Assembly (NCBI GenBank): GCA_030620995.1
Contig: JAUXIK010000003.1
Location: forward strand, 21,822-85,821
Source of the DNA: Candidatus Aegiribacteria sp.
GTDB taxonomy: Bacteria > Fermentibacterota > Fermentibacteria > Fermentibacterales > JCC-6
Length of the DNA stretch: 64,000 bases
Direction: 5' to 3'
Below, piece after piece: positions 26,531-35,523 of the stretch. Below the pieces are notes generated by a model, which saw only the letters and a list, made by a program, of their open reading frames with translations, was not told the DNA's origin and did no database searches. Each line of letters opens with the position of its first letter. The first letter of the stretch is position 1. Both the position numbers and the translations under genes were made by a program.

Positions 26531-27752
26531 ATTGCGTATTGCTTCGAGCAGAGATATTCCTGAAATCCTGGAGATCGAGAATGAGTGTTTTCCGTGCCCA
26601 TGGAACGCTGAGCAGATTTCGACCTGTGTGGAAACGTCCTTTTTTCGAACCTGGACAGCTAGAAGTGATGGAAGAATTGCGGGATATGTAACTGCGAATC
26701 TGGTGCTGGATGAACTTCATGTTATCAACCTTGCAGTTCGTGCTGAATTCCGGCAACAGGGAATAGGCACATTACTTTTAAAAACAGCTGAATGCTGGGG
26801 AGGGCGGCTCGGAGTCGCAGCTTCAAGACTTGAAGTAAGGGAATCATCAAAACCTGCGATTGCGCTCTATTTGCGGAACGGATACCGACAGACAGAACGA
26901 TTGAGCTGTTACTATCCTGATGGGGAGGATGGACTGGAGTTTCAGGCGATCCTGGTCCCTGATAAAACAGCTGCCGGTATCGCACGGTCAATTGTTCGTC
27001 TCTGTGAAAGTATTCCGCGTGTTGGTATCGTGCTCGGATCAGGCCTTTCATGGCTTGCCGATTCATTCGGGAATGGAATTGAGATTACCTATCCTGAAAT
27101 AGCAGGGTTTTCCCATGACATGTTGCCGGGTCATCCGGGGAAGCTTGTACTCAGCGGGTGCGGTAATTTTGTATTCCTGCTGGGCAGGCGTCACTATTAC
27201 CAGGGTTACAGCGGTGATCAGGTATCTCTTCTTCCGGGTGTGCTGGGTGATCTGGGTGTTCTGTCATGGGTATTGATGTCTTCTTCAGGAGCGGTGGATC
27301 CAACCCTTGATTGCGGTGACATTATTGTCTTCAGCGATCACGTAAACTTTTCGGGTTGCATTCCCGAATCCACAACAGGACGAGTTGGGCGATACGTTTA
27401 TTCGGAAGAACTCCGGGAACTGGCGCTTTCGATTGCTTCCGATACAGGCGCGCCAGTCGATAAAGGGGTTTTTGCCTGTGTATCCGGCCCGGCTTATGAA
27501 ACATCTTCAGAAATTCAGTTTCTGCGCAGGAGCGGAATTTCATCCGTTTCCATGTCAACGGTGCCGGAGGCTCTGCTGCTTTCTTCCCGGGGACATAGTG
27601 TTGCGGCTCTTTCTCTGATCACAAATGCTGTATCACCCGGCGAAAAGGTGACTCATGATGAAGTACTGGCTTCACAGACAGTAATTCGAATGAAGCAGGA
27701 AGAATTTCTTATTACTTTTCTCAGGGAGATTGCCGCTCGTGAATTACGCTGA
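26520..27752 (+). CDS. Fusion of RimI-like N-acetyltransferase and purine nucleoside phosphorylase
   Basis: N-terminal IE...F..PW, NLAV...RQQGIG, LEVRES, YYPDGED; C-terminal GIVLGSGL, GHPG, GRRHYYQG, GPAYET, MSTVPE, TN, HDEV. Confidence 0.85.
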   Translation: MCAELRIASSRDIPEILEIENECFPCPWNAEQISTCVETSFFRTWTARSDGRIAGYVTANLVLDELHVINLAVRAEFRQQGIGTLLLKTAECWGGRLGVAASRLEVRESSKPAIALYLRNGYRQTERLSCYYPDGEDGLEFQAILVPDKTAAGIARSIVRLCESIPRVGIVLGSGLSWLADSFGNGIEITYPEIAGFSHDMLPGHPGKLVLSGCGNFVFLLGRRHYYQGYSGDQVSLLPGVLGDLGVLSWVLMSSSGAVDPTLDCGDIIVFSDHVNFSGCIPESTTGRVGRYVYSEELRELALSIASDTGAPVDKGVFACVSGPAYETSSEIQFLRRSGISSVSMSTVPEALLLSSRGHSVAALSLITNAVSPGEKVTHDEVLASQTVIRMKQEEFLITFLREIAARELR

Positions 27753-28977
27753 AGTGGAAAAATACCTGTTCGGCAAAAGGCGAATGGGCATGAAATTCGG
27801 TCTGGACCGCGTTCGCTGTCTTATGAATGATGCCGGTAATCCGCAGAAAAGCTTCAGGACAATCCACGTTGTCGGAACGAATGGGAAAGGCAGCACAACT
27901 GCCCTGCTTGCAGAGATTCTGCACCACCTCGGCTACAAAGCCGGCCGAATAACGTCGCCTCATCTCCTTCATTATCGGGAAAGAACGGCAATCAATAATG
28001 TCTGGATACCTGAAGAAGCTGTAATCGAGTTTGTGGATCTTTTCAGAGAAAGGATAGAGAAACACAGCGCGACTTTCTTTGAAATAACAACGGTGATGTC
28101 GGCCTGGTTCTTTGAGAAGGAAGGTGTTGATTTCGTTGTCGCAGAGGCCGGTCTTGGCGGAAGACTTGACGCTACGAGACTCCTGGATGGCGAATGCACA
28201 CTTTTTACAGGCATTGAACTCGAACACAGGCGTATTCTGGGATCTACAGAACCCCTTATTGCCGCTGAGAAAGTTGCAATCACGCGGAGGGGCTCAACTC
28301 TTATTGCCTTCAGACAGAAGCCTGAAGTGGAGAATGTGATAACCCTCGCGGTAAAGACGGAAAACCTTGTTCGCATAGTACCTGAACCGGCTGATATGGC
28401 GCCTTCTCCCGGAGAGCATCAGAAGCGCAATGCAGGCCTGGCTCTGTCCGCGGCCCTGATGTTTTCCGGCTGTACGAAAGAAGATGTGCAATCGGCATTC
28501 AAGAAATCATGTAAAACTCTCAGCTGGCCGGGACGACTTGATCTCCGTTCGGGATCGCCTTCCATACTTTTTGATGTGGCTCACAGCCCGGGTTCGGTTG
28601 AGTATCTGGTTTTCCATCTGAAGAAAAACTGGAAACTTCCTGTACCGGCCGTAGTGGGATTTCTGGAAGACAAATTCTGGAAGAAAATGACAGAGCAGCT
28701 TTGCGAAGTTCTGAATCCTGTCATAACAACTACGCCTCTTAATGAGAGATCTCTTCCTGCCAGTTCTCTGGCGGAGCAGTTTCAGAAAGTCGGAGTTGAA
28801 GCGCTCTGGATAGATGATATCGGTGAAGCGATGAAACTGGCGCGGTCTATCCCGTCTGAATTGACTGTTGTAACCGGTTCTTTCTTCGTTGTGGGATACG
28901 CGATGCATCATGCCTGGCGGAATAAGTGGATAGCTCTGCCGGAAAAAGGGGTTGAGCAGAATCAGCTGTTCCAATAA
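27739..28977 (+). CDS. folC: Folylpolyglutamate synthase / dihydrofolate synthase
   Basis: IHVVGTNGKGST, TSPHL, TFFE, EAGLGGRLDAT, WPGR, DVAH. Confidence 0.93.
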   Translation: MNYAEVEKYLFGKRRMGMKFGLDRVRCLMNDAGNPQKSFRTIHVVGTNGKGSTTALLAEILHHLGYKAGRITSPHLLHYRERTAINNVWIPEEAVIEFVDLFRERIEKHSATFFEITTVMSAWFFEKEGVDFVVAEAGLGGRLDATRLLDGECTLFTGIELEHRRILGSTEPLIAAEKVAITRRGSTLIAFRQKPEVENVITLAVKTENLVRIVPEPADMAPSPGEHQKRNAGLALSAALMFSGCTKEDVQSAFKKSCKTLSWPGRLDLRSGSPSILFDVAHSPGSVEYLVFHLKKNWKLPVPAVVGFLEDKFWKKMTEQLCEVLNPVITTTPLNERSLPASSLAEQFQKVGVEALWIDDIGEAMKLARSIPSELTVVTGSFFVVGYAMHHAWRNKWIALPEKGVEQNQLFQ

Positions 28978-29058
28978 GTTGACAGTTATCATCAGACTGG
29001 TGTATAGGTACTGCTTATGAAATGGAAATTCAGTTCTGAAAACTGGAGGTTGAGTTAA

Positions 29059-29301
29059 ATGACCGATAAGAAAACCGCTGTCTCCGAGCAGCCGGATTCG
29101 CTGAAAGAAGATAACAGGGCAGCGCCTTTTACGCTGATAAATTATCTTCTGTTCGCAATCGGATTGCTGGACATAGTAATCGGATGGTTCCTGCTCCGAG
29201 GGGGACATATTACAATCGCTCCCATCATGCTTATCGTGGGTTACTGCGTAATAATACCTCTCGCGATCATGTTCAGAAAGAAAATAGCGGAAAACGCCTG
29301 A
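29059..29301 (+). CDS. Small 2-TM membrane protein (DUF3098-like)
   Basis: NY.LF.IGL..I..G......ITIAPIML..GY..IIP.AI; GGAGG RBS. Confidence 0.65.
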   Translation: MTDKKTAVSEQPDSLKEDNRAAPFTLINYLLFAIGLLDIVIGWFLLRGGHITIAPIMLIVGYCVIIPLAIMFRKKIAENA

Positions 29302-29302
29302 G

Positions 29303-30049
29303 GTGAAATACTTTCCCGCTGTATTTCTTGCGATTTTTCTTTTATCATGCGATAGTAATGATGAAATATTCTTTCTTCCTGAACCGCTTCCACTGATAGA
29401 ACAGGACACCGCTTTCATGACTGTTCCAGGCGGAACATTCATAACGGACGAAGATGATACTCTTTCGATAAACGGTTTTCGCCTGGGAAGATACGAGGTT
29501 ACGAACAGGCTGTTCTACAGCCTTGCTGATGATGTCGGAATAGGACTGCCGCCAGATCCGGTCTTTCCGGGAATGGAAAAGTATCTCTTTAATTATCCTG
29601 ATTATCCAGTTGTGAATGTCAGTATGAACGAGGCCATTGCCGCGGCGGCTGAAATGGGGGGCAGGCTGCCCTCCCGCATAGAATGGGAGTATGCCGCTTC
29701 ACTCGGGATATCAGGGGATATTTCCGGGCAGTATCCATGGGGACAGCTGGATCCTGACGACGCTGAATACCCGGCCAACTACCTTGCGGGAGATGAATGG
29801 GAAACAAGAGGATTGGACGGATACCTCTGGACGGCTCCGGTGGATTCCTTCCCGCTTACGGATGCCGGTTTCGCCTGCCAGGCGGGAAATGTCGCTGAAT
29901 GGACCATGTCTGCGGATTCACTTGTGCCGGTCTGCGGCGGTGCGTGGCTTTCACCTGCGGAGGGTATTACGATTAATAGCGTTAAATACCTGGCGCCGGG
30001 TGACCGTGCCCGCCATGTCGGCTTCCGCATCCTCCTCCCGGGGACGTAG
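29303..30049 (+). CDS. Formylglycine-generating-enzyme (FGE-sulfatase) domain lipoprotein
   Basis: LLSC lipobox; YEVTN, PVVNVS, RLPS..EWEYAA, GNVAEW, GFR. Confidence 0.85.
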   Translation: MKYFPAVFLAIFLLSCDSNDEIFFLPEPLPLIEQDTAFMTVPGGTFITDEDDTLSINGFRLGRYEVTNRLFYSLADDVGIGLPPDPVFPGMEKYLFNYPDYPVVNVSMNEAIAAAAEMGGRLPSRIEWEYAASLGISGDISGQYPWGQLDPDDAEYPANYLAGDEWETRGLDGYLWTAPVDSFPLTDAGFACQAGNVAEWTMSADSLVPVCGGAWLSPAEGITINSVKYLAPGDRARHVGFRILLPGT

Positions 30050-30163
30050 AATAATCAACACAACACAACCATTAACAACATAACTTCTATTGAGAGCTAC
30101 ACTACAAGGGTCAGGAATCATTCCAATAGGCGGCAGGTCTTCCTTCAGGTACTATCACCAATT

Positions 30164-30349
30164 TTATTTTCTTCTATCACGTACAAGGCATTCAAACGAT
30201 CTGTCCCATGTCTTTTCAGCTTCGGGAGAGAACATACATCCGGTGAATTCCCCTCTCCGTCTGTGATAGGCGATACATTCACGGCATATGCCGTGTCTGG
30301 GACAACCGGGGTATGTACAGGGGCAATTTTCCGTTTTACATTCATTCAT
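30164..30349 (-). CDS. Small Cys-rich protein (DUF6485-like)
   Basis: CPCTYPGCPRHGICRECIAYH...C.F...EKTWDRS. Confidence 0.72.
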   Translation of the reverse strand: MNECKTENCPCTYPGCPRHGICRECIAYHRRRGEFTGCMFSPEAEKTWDRSFECLVRDRRK

Positions 30350-30451
30350 TAGTATACTTATGCTCCCTTCAGATCAGATTACATATTCACTGATTGAAGA
30401 AACATCGTGGATTAAAGAGTGCCTGTCACTATTTATTGGAAATGGATTAAA

Positions 30452-31111
30452 ATGGTTAAAGGTGTGATATTCGATCTTGATGGAACGCTTCTCGATACGC
30501 TTGATGATATTCACAATGTAGTGAACAGAGTCCTTCAGTTGAACGGTCTTCCATCAAGAACTGTCCTTGAAGTGAAAGCTGCTGTCGGCAGGGGAGTGAC
30601 AGAGCTTGTACAAAGACTGTTTCCCTCAGGCGAGCTTTCCGGGCAGAGGGTGGAGAAGGTAGCTTCCGACATCAGAGAAATCTTTCTTGAGCATGGAACA
30701 GTGCTGACAAAGCCATACACTGGTGTTGAGGAGATGCTTGATACTCTTGCCGGCAGAGGTATCCCTATGGCTGTTCTCACAAACAAACCTCAGGCATCAG
30801 CGGAGAAAGCGGTTTCCGTTTATCTCCCGGATGTTCCTTTCAGGATTGTTCAGGGAGCTATGCCGGGCTTTCCCATAAAACCCGAATCGGAAATTGCTCT
30901 GAAAGTCGTCCTGAAGCTTGGAACGCTTCCGGAAGAAACTCTTATGGTGGGAGACAGCGATGTTGATATGGATACAGCAAAAAACGCTGGTTTGATCGCT
31001 GTCGGCGTATCCTGGGGATTCAGACCCGTAGAGTTGTTGCTCGATCATGGAGCGGATGTGATTGTAAATGATCCAATGGAGATTTACGGGTTAACACGGA
31101 CTCATCGTTAG
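30452..31111 (+). CDS. HAD-family hydrolase (phosphoglycolate phosphatase-like)
   Basis: FDLDGTLLDT, LTNK, KP, VGDSDVD, WGFR. Confidence 0.9.
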   Translation: MVKGVIFDLDGTLLDTLDDIHNVVNRVLQLNGLPSRTVLEVKAAVGRGVTELVQRLFPSGELSGQRVEKVASDIREIFLEHGTVLTKPYTGVEEMLDTLAGRGIPMAVLTNKPQASAEKAVSVYLPDVPFRIVQGAMPGFPIKPESEIALKVVLKLGTLPEETLMVGDSDVDMDTAKNAGLIAVGVSWGFRPVELLLDHGADVIVNDPMEIYGLTRTHR

Positions 31112-32076
31112 TATTCCGGTCCGACCACAGCGCGAATTGAGGCGGGAAGAGATTTCAGTATCGCAACCGCGTTATCCGGGATGTCACCTATCGATTCACC
31201 GTCCAGTTCGACCTCCAGTTTTCCGCGGGCCTCGAGCCTGAATTCGTTCCCGCTCCACGAAGAAACTGAAGGATTGTTCAGAAGAGTTCCCCTGTAGATC
31301 ATGGGCATACTGCGAATCAGATTTGTTCTTGAGATCGGCCTGACAACTGCGGTATCAAGTTTCCCGTCATCGGGAACTGAAGAAGGTGACAATATCATTC
31401 CTCCGCCGACAAAAGGACATACACCCGCTGTGATACTAAGATATTTCCCGGTAAACACATTTTGTTCATCCATTGTCAGTGTTCCCTCCCACGAGGGCAT
31501 TTCAATCAGAGAGGATACAAGAGCTGCCAGGTACCCCAATCTGCCAAAGGACCTTTTCCGCCTGATCCGGATTGATTTCTCGAGAACATGCGCGTCAAGG
31601 CCAATTCCAGCGGAGTTGATAAATATCTGATCAGCCGGTGAGGTTGGATTCGATTCTATAGAGCATAAGCCTGTATCCATTAAAGCGGTCTTACCACTTC
31701 CGATACCCCTGACTGTCTTCTCGATTGAGTTAGTTCTCAGGGTTTTCACCCAGTCGTTTCCGTTGCCCGCCGGAAACACCGCAAGCGGAAGAGGATTTGA
31801 GCTTCTTATTAGACCGGATGCAGCGTAACTCGCCGTTCCGTCTCCGCCGAGAATCGCCACACCGGACCAGCGGTCCGGATGTGCGGTTGATGCAAGTTCT
31901 ACAACGTGCTCAGCGCTTTTCGTAAAGACGATTTCGTTCGTGATAGAAATATTCGAAAGAAGCCTGGAAGTTCTTTCGGCAAGAGAAGCAGAAACGCCTT
32001 TGCCGGCTTCCGGGTTGACCAGAACGAGCCATGGCCTGTTCCCTAAAGCCGACTGATCAGTAAGTACTGTTCTTAT
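31108..32076 (-). CDS. Diacylglycerol/lipid kinase family protein
   Basis: VNPEAG (upstream of the ORF-track start), GGDGT, PAGNGND, GIGLDA, DDGKLD, DGE; start placed at ATA 32076, 8 nt after GAGGAG. Confidence 0.85.
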   Translation of the reverse strand: MRTVLTDQSALGNRPWLVLVNPEAGKGVSASLAERTSRLLSNISITNEIVFTKSAEHVVELASTAHPDRWSGVAILGGDGTASYAASGLIRSSNPLPLAVFPAGNGNDWVKTLRTNSIEKTVRGIGSGKTALMDTGLCSIESNPTSPADQIFINSAGIGLDAHVLEKSIRIRRKRSFGRLGYLAALVSSLIEMPSWEGTLTMDEQNVFTGKYLSITAGVCPFVGGGMILSPSSVPDDGKLDTAVVRPISRTNLIRSMPMIYRGTLLNNPSVSSWSGNEFRLEARGKLEVELDGESIGDIPDNAVAILKSLPASIRAVVGPEY

Positions 32077-32150
32077 TACGATATCTCCTCAAGTGTCTGG
32101 ATTCAATTCTTACATCAAAGTACTATATTAGAAAGGTAAGGTGGTAAACA

Positions 32151-32690
32151 ATGCAATCCTGTGCTGACTGGATAACAGATAATTTCGAGGATGCTGTGAA
32201 TCCGGATACGGATGATCTGAACAGAGCCGGTGAGAAACCTCCGGATTCCGTTTATACTCGCATGAAGGGCGTGAATTCTCTGATTATCCATCACTCGGCA
32301 ACAGCAACAGGTTCTGCAAGGGTATTCAGGGCATTCCACAGAGCGATCAATGGATGGGTGGATATCGGGTATCATTTCGTGATAGGGAACGGTAGCCTTT
32401 CAGAAGATGGAGAAGTGGAAGAAGGAAGACCTCCGTGGGCAGTTGGTGCGCATGCCAGGAAACATAACGGGGATACAATTGGAATCTGCCTTGTGGGTAA
32501 TTTCAGTGATACTTATCCGACTGAAGAACAGATGAAATCCCTGGGAATGCTTTTGAAAAGCCTGCTTTCGGAATACGATCTTTCTTCATCCAGTATCATT
32601 CTGCACCGGGACCTGTCCGGATGCAAAACCGTGTGCCCCGGAAAAAATCTCACAAGAGAGATTATAATCAACTCCATTTCTTATCCGTAA
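32151..32690 (+). CDS. N-acetylmuramoyl-L-alanine amidase (Amidase_2 / T7-lysozyme-like)
   Basis: IIHHSAT, GWVDIGYHFVI, GAHA..HN..IGICLVGNF, HRD...CPG. Confidence 0.9.
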   Translation: MQSCADWITDNFEDAVNPDTDDLNRAGEKPPDSVYTRMKGVNSLIIHHSATATGSARVFRAFHRAINGWVDIGYHFVIGNGSLSEDGEVEEGRPPWAVGAHARKHNGDTIGICLVGNFSDTYPTEEQMKSLGMLLKSLLSEYDLSSSSIILHRDLSGCKTVCPGKNLTREIIINSISYP

Positions 32691-32758
32691 CTGCTTTCAG
32701 GACTTGTCAGTTTTCCTCTTGTTTTGTATATCTGCGTACTCTGGAAAGGATATTAGTA

Positions 32759-32983
32759 ATGATAATAGTGCTGACGATAATGCATTTTATAATTTGTATA
32801 CTGCTTGTGGCTGTTGTGCTGCTTCAGAAATCCAAGGGCGATGGCCTTTCCGGCGCATTTGGCGGCGGAGGAGCCCTCACAGCGTCCTTCGGTAACCGTG
32901 GCGCTGCGACTATGCTCTCCAAGGCTACATCAATACTTGCTGTGCTGTTCATGGTTACTTCATTTTTACTCGCGATTTTCTAG
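32759..32983 (+). CDS. secG: Preprotein translocase subunit SecG
   Basis: VLLQKSKGDGLSGAFGG...LSKATSILAVLF. Confidence 0.93.
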   Translation: MIIVLTIMHFIICILLVAVVLLQKSKGDGLSGAFGGGGALTASFGNRGAATMLSKATSILAVLFMVTSFLLAIF

Positions 32984-33000
32984 CACGCAACATATTCAGA

Positions 33001-33087
33001 ACCGGGGTGGTGGAATTGGCAGACACGCTAGGTTAAGGACCTAGTGGGCAATAGCCTGTACGGGTTCAAGTCCCGTCCCCGGTACCA
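33001..33087 (+). tRNA. tRNA-Leu, anticodon AAG
   Basis: Acceptor ACCGGGG/CCCCGGT + A + CCA; Leu-type D arm GTGGAATTGGCAGACAC; anticodon stem CTAGG/CCTAG with loop TT-AAG-GA; long variable arm; GGTTCAAGTCC. Confidence 0.93.
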
Positions 33088-33095
33088 CGTCAGAA

Positions 33096-33127
33096 AAAGG
33101 TCGCAGGACGAAAGTCCGGCGGCCTTT
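33096..33127. terminator. Stem-loop after tRNA (likely terminator)
   Basis: aaaggtcgc-a-ggac-gaaa-gtcc-g-gcggccttt, GNRA-capped hairpin. Confidence 0.55.
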
Positions 33128-33150
33128 ACCTAATGGAGAAAAAGGGGAGA

Positions 33151-33285
33151 AAAAGGGGTCAAATCTTTACTCTTGACAATATCTTGATACCAAATGTAAG
33201 ACATTAGACGTATCATTAAAATCTTTTTAATAAGACAAGATAATGATGAAAGCAGAATGTCAAGAGTAAAGATTTGACCCCTTTT
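33151..33285. repeat. Perfect 28-bp inverted repeat with 79-bp AT-rich spacer (REPIN/MITE-like)
   Basis: aaaaggggtcaaatctttactcttgaca (33151-33178) and its exact reverse complement (33258-33285); short tandem duplications at both outer ends. Confidence 0.8.
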
Positions 33286-33369
33286 CTCCTTTTCTCAACG
33301 CTCTATTTGGAACAGATAAGTATCTTTGTATGTATATCCTGTATATGTTAATTCCAGAAAGGAGCCTGA

Positions 33370-33762
33370 ATGACGCGAAAGACCGTTCAGACAGCTGACT
33401 CTCCCCTCCCTGTCGGACCTTACAGCCAGGCTGTGATTTCAAAGGGATTTATATTCACCGCGGGACAGATCGGCATTGATCCTGAAAACGGGAAACTGGA
33501 AGAGGGTATTGAGGCTCAGACGGTTCAGGCATTGAATAATCTTGAAGCGATTCTGCTGGATGCCGGTTCAAATATGGACAGCGTCGTGAAGATTAATCTG
33601 TATCTTGCAGACATATCGGATTCAGCAATTGTAAATGATATATATTCCAGGAGATTTATCGCACCCTTTCCCGCGAGATCTGTTATCGAGGTTTCGAAGC
33701 TCCCATTGGGTGCTCTTGTTGAAATTGAAGCTGTTACAGAGCTGAAGGAGGAACAGTATTGA
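33370..33762 (+). CDS. ridA: RidA/YjgF family enamine deaminase
   Basis: GPYSQA, AGQI, FPARS, LP.GALVEIEA. Confidence 0.92.
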   Translation: MTRKTVQTADSPLPVGPYSQAVISKGFIFTAGQIGIDPENGKLEEGIEAQTVQALNNLEAILLDAGSNMDSVVKINLYLADISDSAIVNDIYSRRFIAPFPARSVIEVSKLPLGALVEIEAVTELKEEQY

Positions 33763-34427
33763 TAGGGCAAGTTTTTGAGATAGTCCGTCAGGCTGATATC
33801 GTCACAAAACTCATTCTTGTGATTATTGCTGTCCTTTCGGTTGGTTCATGGGCAGTAGCTATTGCAAAGATACGGGAATTCAGAGCGATTCTCAGCTCAT
33901 CAAAGATTTTTATGGATGCGCTCAGGACAACAGGCAGACCGCCTGGCGGGGAATTCTGGAACAGGAGCAATGAGATAGGACCGCTTGCGCGAATGTACGC
34001 TGAGGCAGGCCGTTTTCTTCAGAGAAGGACAGACAGGGGAATTACAGAATCTCTTTCCCCCGAGGAAGCATCCAGCCTCTCCAGCGCTCTTGAGCGGGAG
34101 GCAGGAGAGGATCTTGCCCAGCGAGAACGGAATATCGGACTGCTTGCGACTGTAACAAGCGTAGCTCCTCTGCTTGGATTGCTTGGTACGGTATGGGGAA
34201 TTCTGTCGAGTTTCATAGGAATGAGGGAACTTGGCATTGCTGATCTCAGCGCAGTGGGAGCCGGTATTGCGGCAGCGCTGACCACAACTGTAGCAGGATT
34301 GCTGGCCGCCATACCCGCGAATATTTTCCATAACTTCGTTGTCGGCAGGATAAATTCACTTGCCGGAGATATGGATCGGTTCCTTTCTGAACTTGTGGAT
34401 GTATGCAGAAGAGGCAGTCTTGAATGA
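33759..34427 (+). CDS. tolQ: TolQ/ExbB proton channel
   Basis: APLLGLLGTVWGI, GIAAALTTT.AGL..AIPA. Confidence 0.88.
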   Translation: MIGQVFEIVRQADIVTKLILVIIAVLSVGSWAVAIAKIREFRAILSSSKIFMDALRTTGRPPGGEFWNRSNEIGPLARMYAEAGRFLQRRTDRGITESLSPEEASSLSSALEREAGEDLAQRERNIGLLATVTSVAPLLGLLGTVWGILSSFIGMRELGIADLSAVGAGIAAALTTTVAGLLAAIPANIFHNFVVGRINSLAGDMDRFLSELVDVCRRGSLE

Positions 34428-34846
34428 TACGAACCCGGTATAAGCAGTTCTCCGGAATTAATGTTACGAATCTGGTGGATGTCACCCTTGTTCTACTGGT
34501 GATCTTCATGCTGACATCTCCGGTGATGCAGCGAAGCGCGGATGTCACTCCCCCGTCTTCTGATGAGGGAAGGATTCTGAGCAGCCTTGATCCCGGCGAG
34601 TCGCTGGTTGTCGAGATTGACGCCTATGGCAACATTGCCATTTCCGGTGAGCAGGTTCTGCTTGAAGATCTCTCGGATATTGCTGAAGCAGCCCATAATT
34701 CCGGCCGTTCCGAAGCCTTTGTCAGGGCGGACAGGGATGTGAGATACGAAGTGGTCGCGAATGCGCTCACCGAACTTGGCAGCGGTGGTTATCTTAGTGT
34801 GGGGCTTATACAGGAATCCAGATTGGAACCTGATGAAATTCACTGA
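34424..34846 (+). CDS. tolR: TolR/ExbD protein
   Basis: INVTNLVDVTLVLLVIFM, RADRDVRY. Confidence 0.88.
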   Translation: MIRTRYKQFSGINVTNLVDVTLVLLVIFMLTSPVMQRSADVTPPSSDEGRILSSLDPGESLVVEIDAYGNIAISGEQVLLEDLSDIAEAAHNSGRSEAFVRADRDVRYEVVANALTELGSGGYLSVGLIQESRLEPDEIH

Positions 34847-35519
34847 TTCCAGACCTTTTGAAAGGAAAAGTTACTTCCTCCGCCGCAGAGATGTCATCTT
34901 TGTCATAGCAGGACATGTGCTTATTCTCGTGGTTGGGCTGATTACGTCTTCGAGCAGTGTAATGGCACTTCCCGGCGGCGGTGACGCAATTATGGTAAAC
35001 ATGGTCACGTTGACTTCAAATGAAATGACACCTTCACCTCCGGATATAGAGCATCCTGCTGAAAACCCTGTTGAAATTGCGATCGAGGTATCGGTACCCG
35101 AAGTTACCGAAGAACAGATAATTGATCCGCAGGAGACAGAGGATCAGGTTCCGGATCCGGTGGAAGAGCTTGTTGAGGAATTACCTGTTCAGGATCCTGT
35201 AGAAGCATCAGAATTCGTATCTGTCAGCGGAGAAGGGGCAGCGGGGTCAGGAGCTCCAGGACCCGGAACGTACGAGTCAAGAGTTTTCAACGCCATAAGA
35301 AGAGGATACAGAACATCGGTGGAACCTGAAAGATCCTACAGGGTAGTTTTCACAGTCAATCCGGATGATACATCTGAGATTGAGGTTGTCAGGAAGAGTG
35401 GAACATCAGCGTTTGACAGAGCTGTGGAAAGCGCGCTGTCAAGAGCGCAGATTCCGCCGATGCCGCCGGGAAGAAATACTCCGGCAATCATTAATATTGA
35501 ATTTCTGGGACCGGAGTGA
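34833..35519 (+). CDS. TolA/TonB-like energy transducer
   Basis: N-terminal TM with His, Pro/Glu-rich linker, SG.SAFDRA C-terminal domain; lies between tolR and tolB. Confidence 0.75.
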   Translation: MKFTDSRPFERKSYFLRRRDVIFVIAGHVLILVVGLITSSSSVMALPGGGDAIMVNMVTLTSNEMTPSPPDIEHPAENPVEIAIEVSVPEVTEEQIIDPQETEDQVPDPVEELVEELPVQDPVEASEFVSVSGEGAAGSGAPGPGTYESRVFNAIRRGYRTSVEPERSYRVVFTVNPDDTSEIEVVRKSGTSAFDRAVESALSRAQIPPMPPGRNTPAIINIEFLGPE

Positions 35520-35523
35520 ACGG

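Noticed and set aside
33034-33036. Reading the first tRNA as ordinary Leu(TAA)
   Set aside because: The 5-bp stem CTAGG/CCTAG fixes a 7-nt loop TTAAGGA, whose positions 3-5 are AAG; TAA would be off-centre
33001-33300. Integrated island at tRNA-Leu
   Set aside because: No integrase and no duplicated tRNA 3' end; core genes resume at 33370
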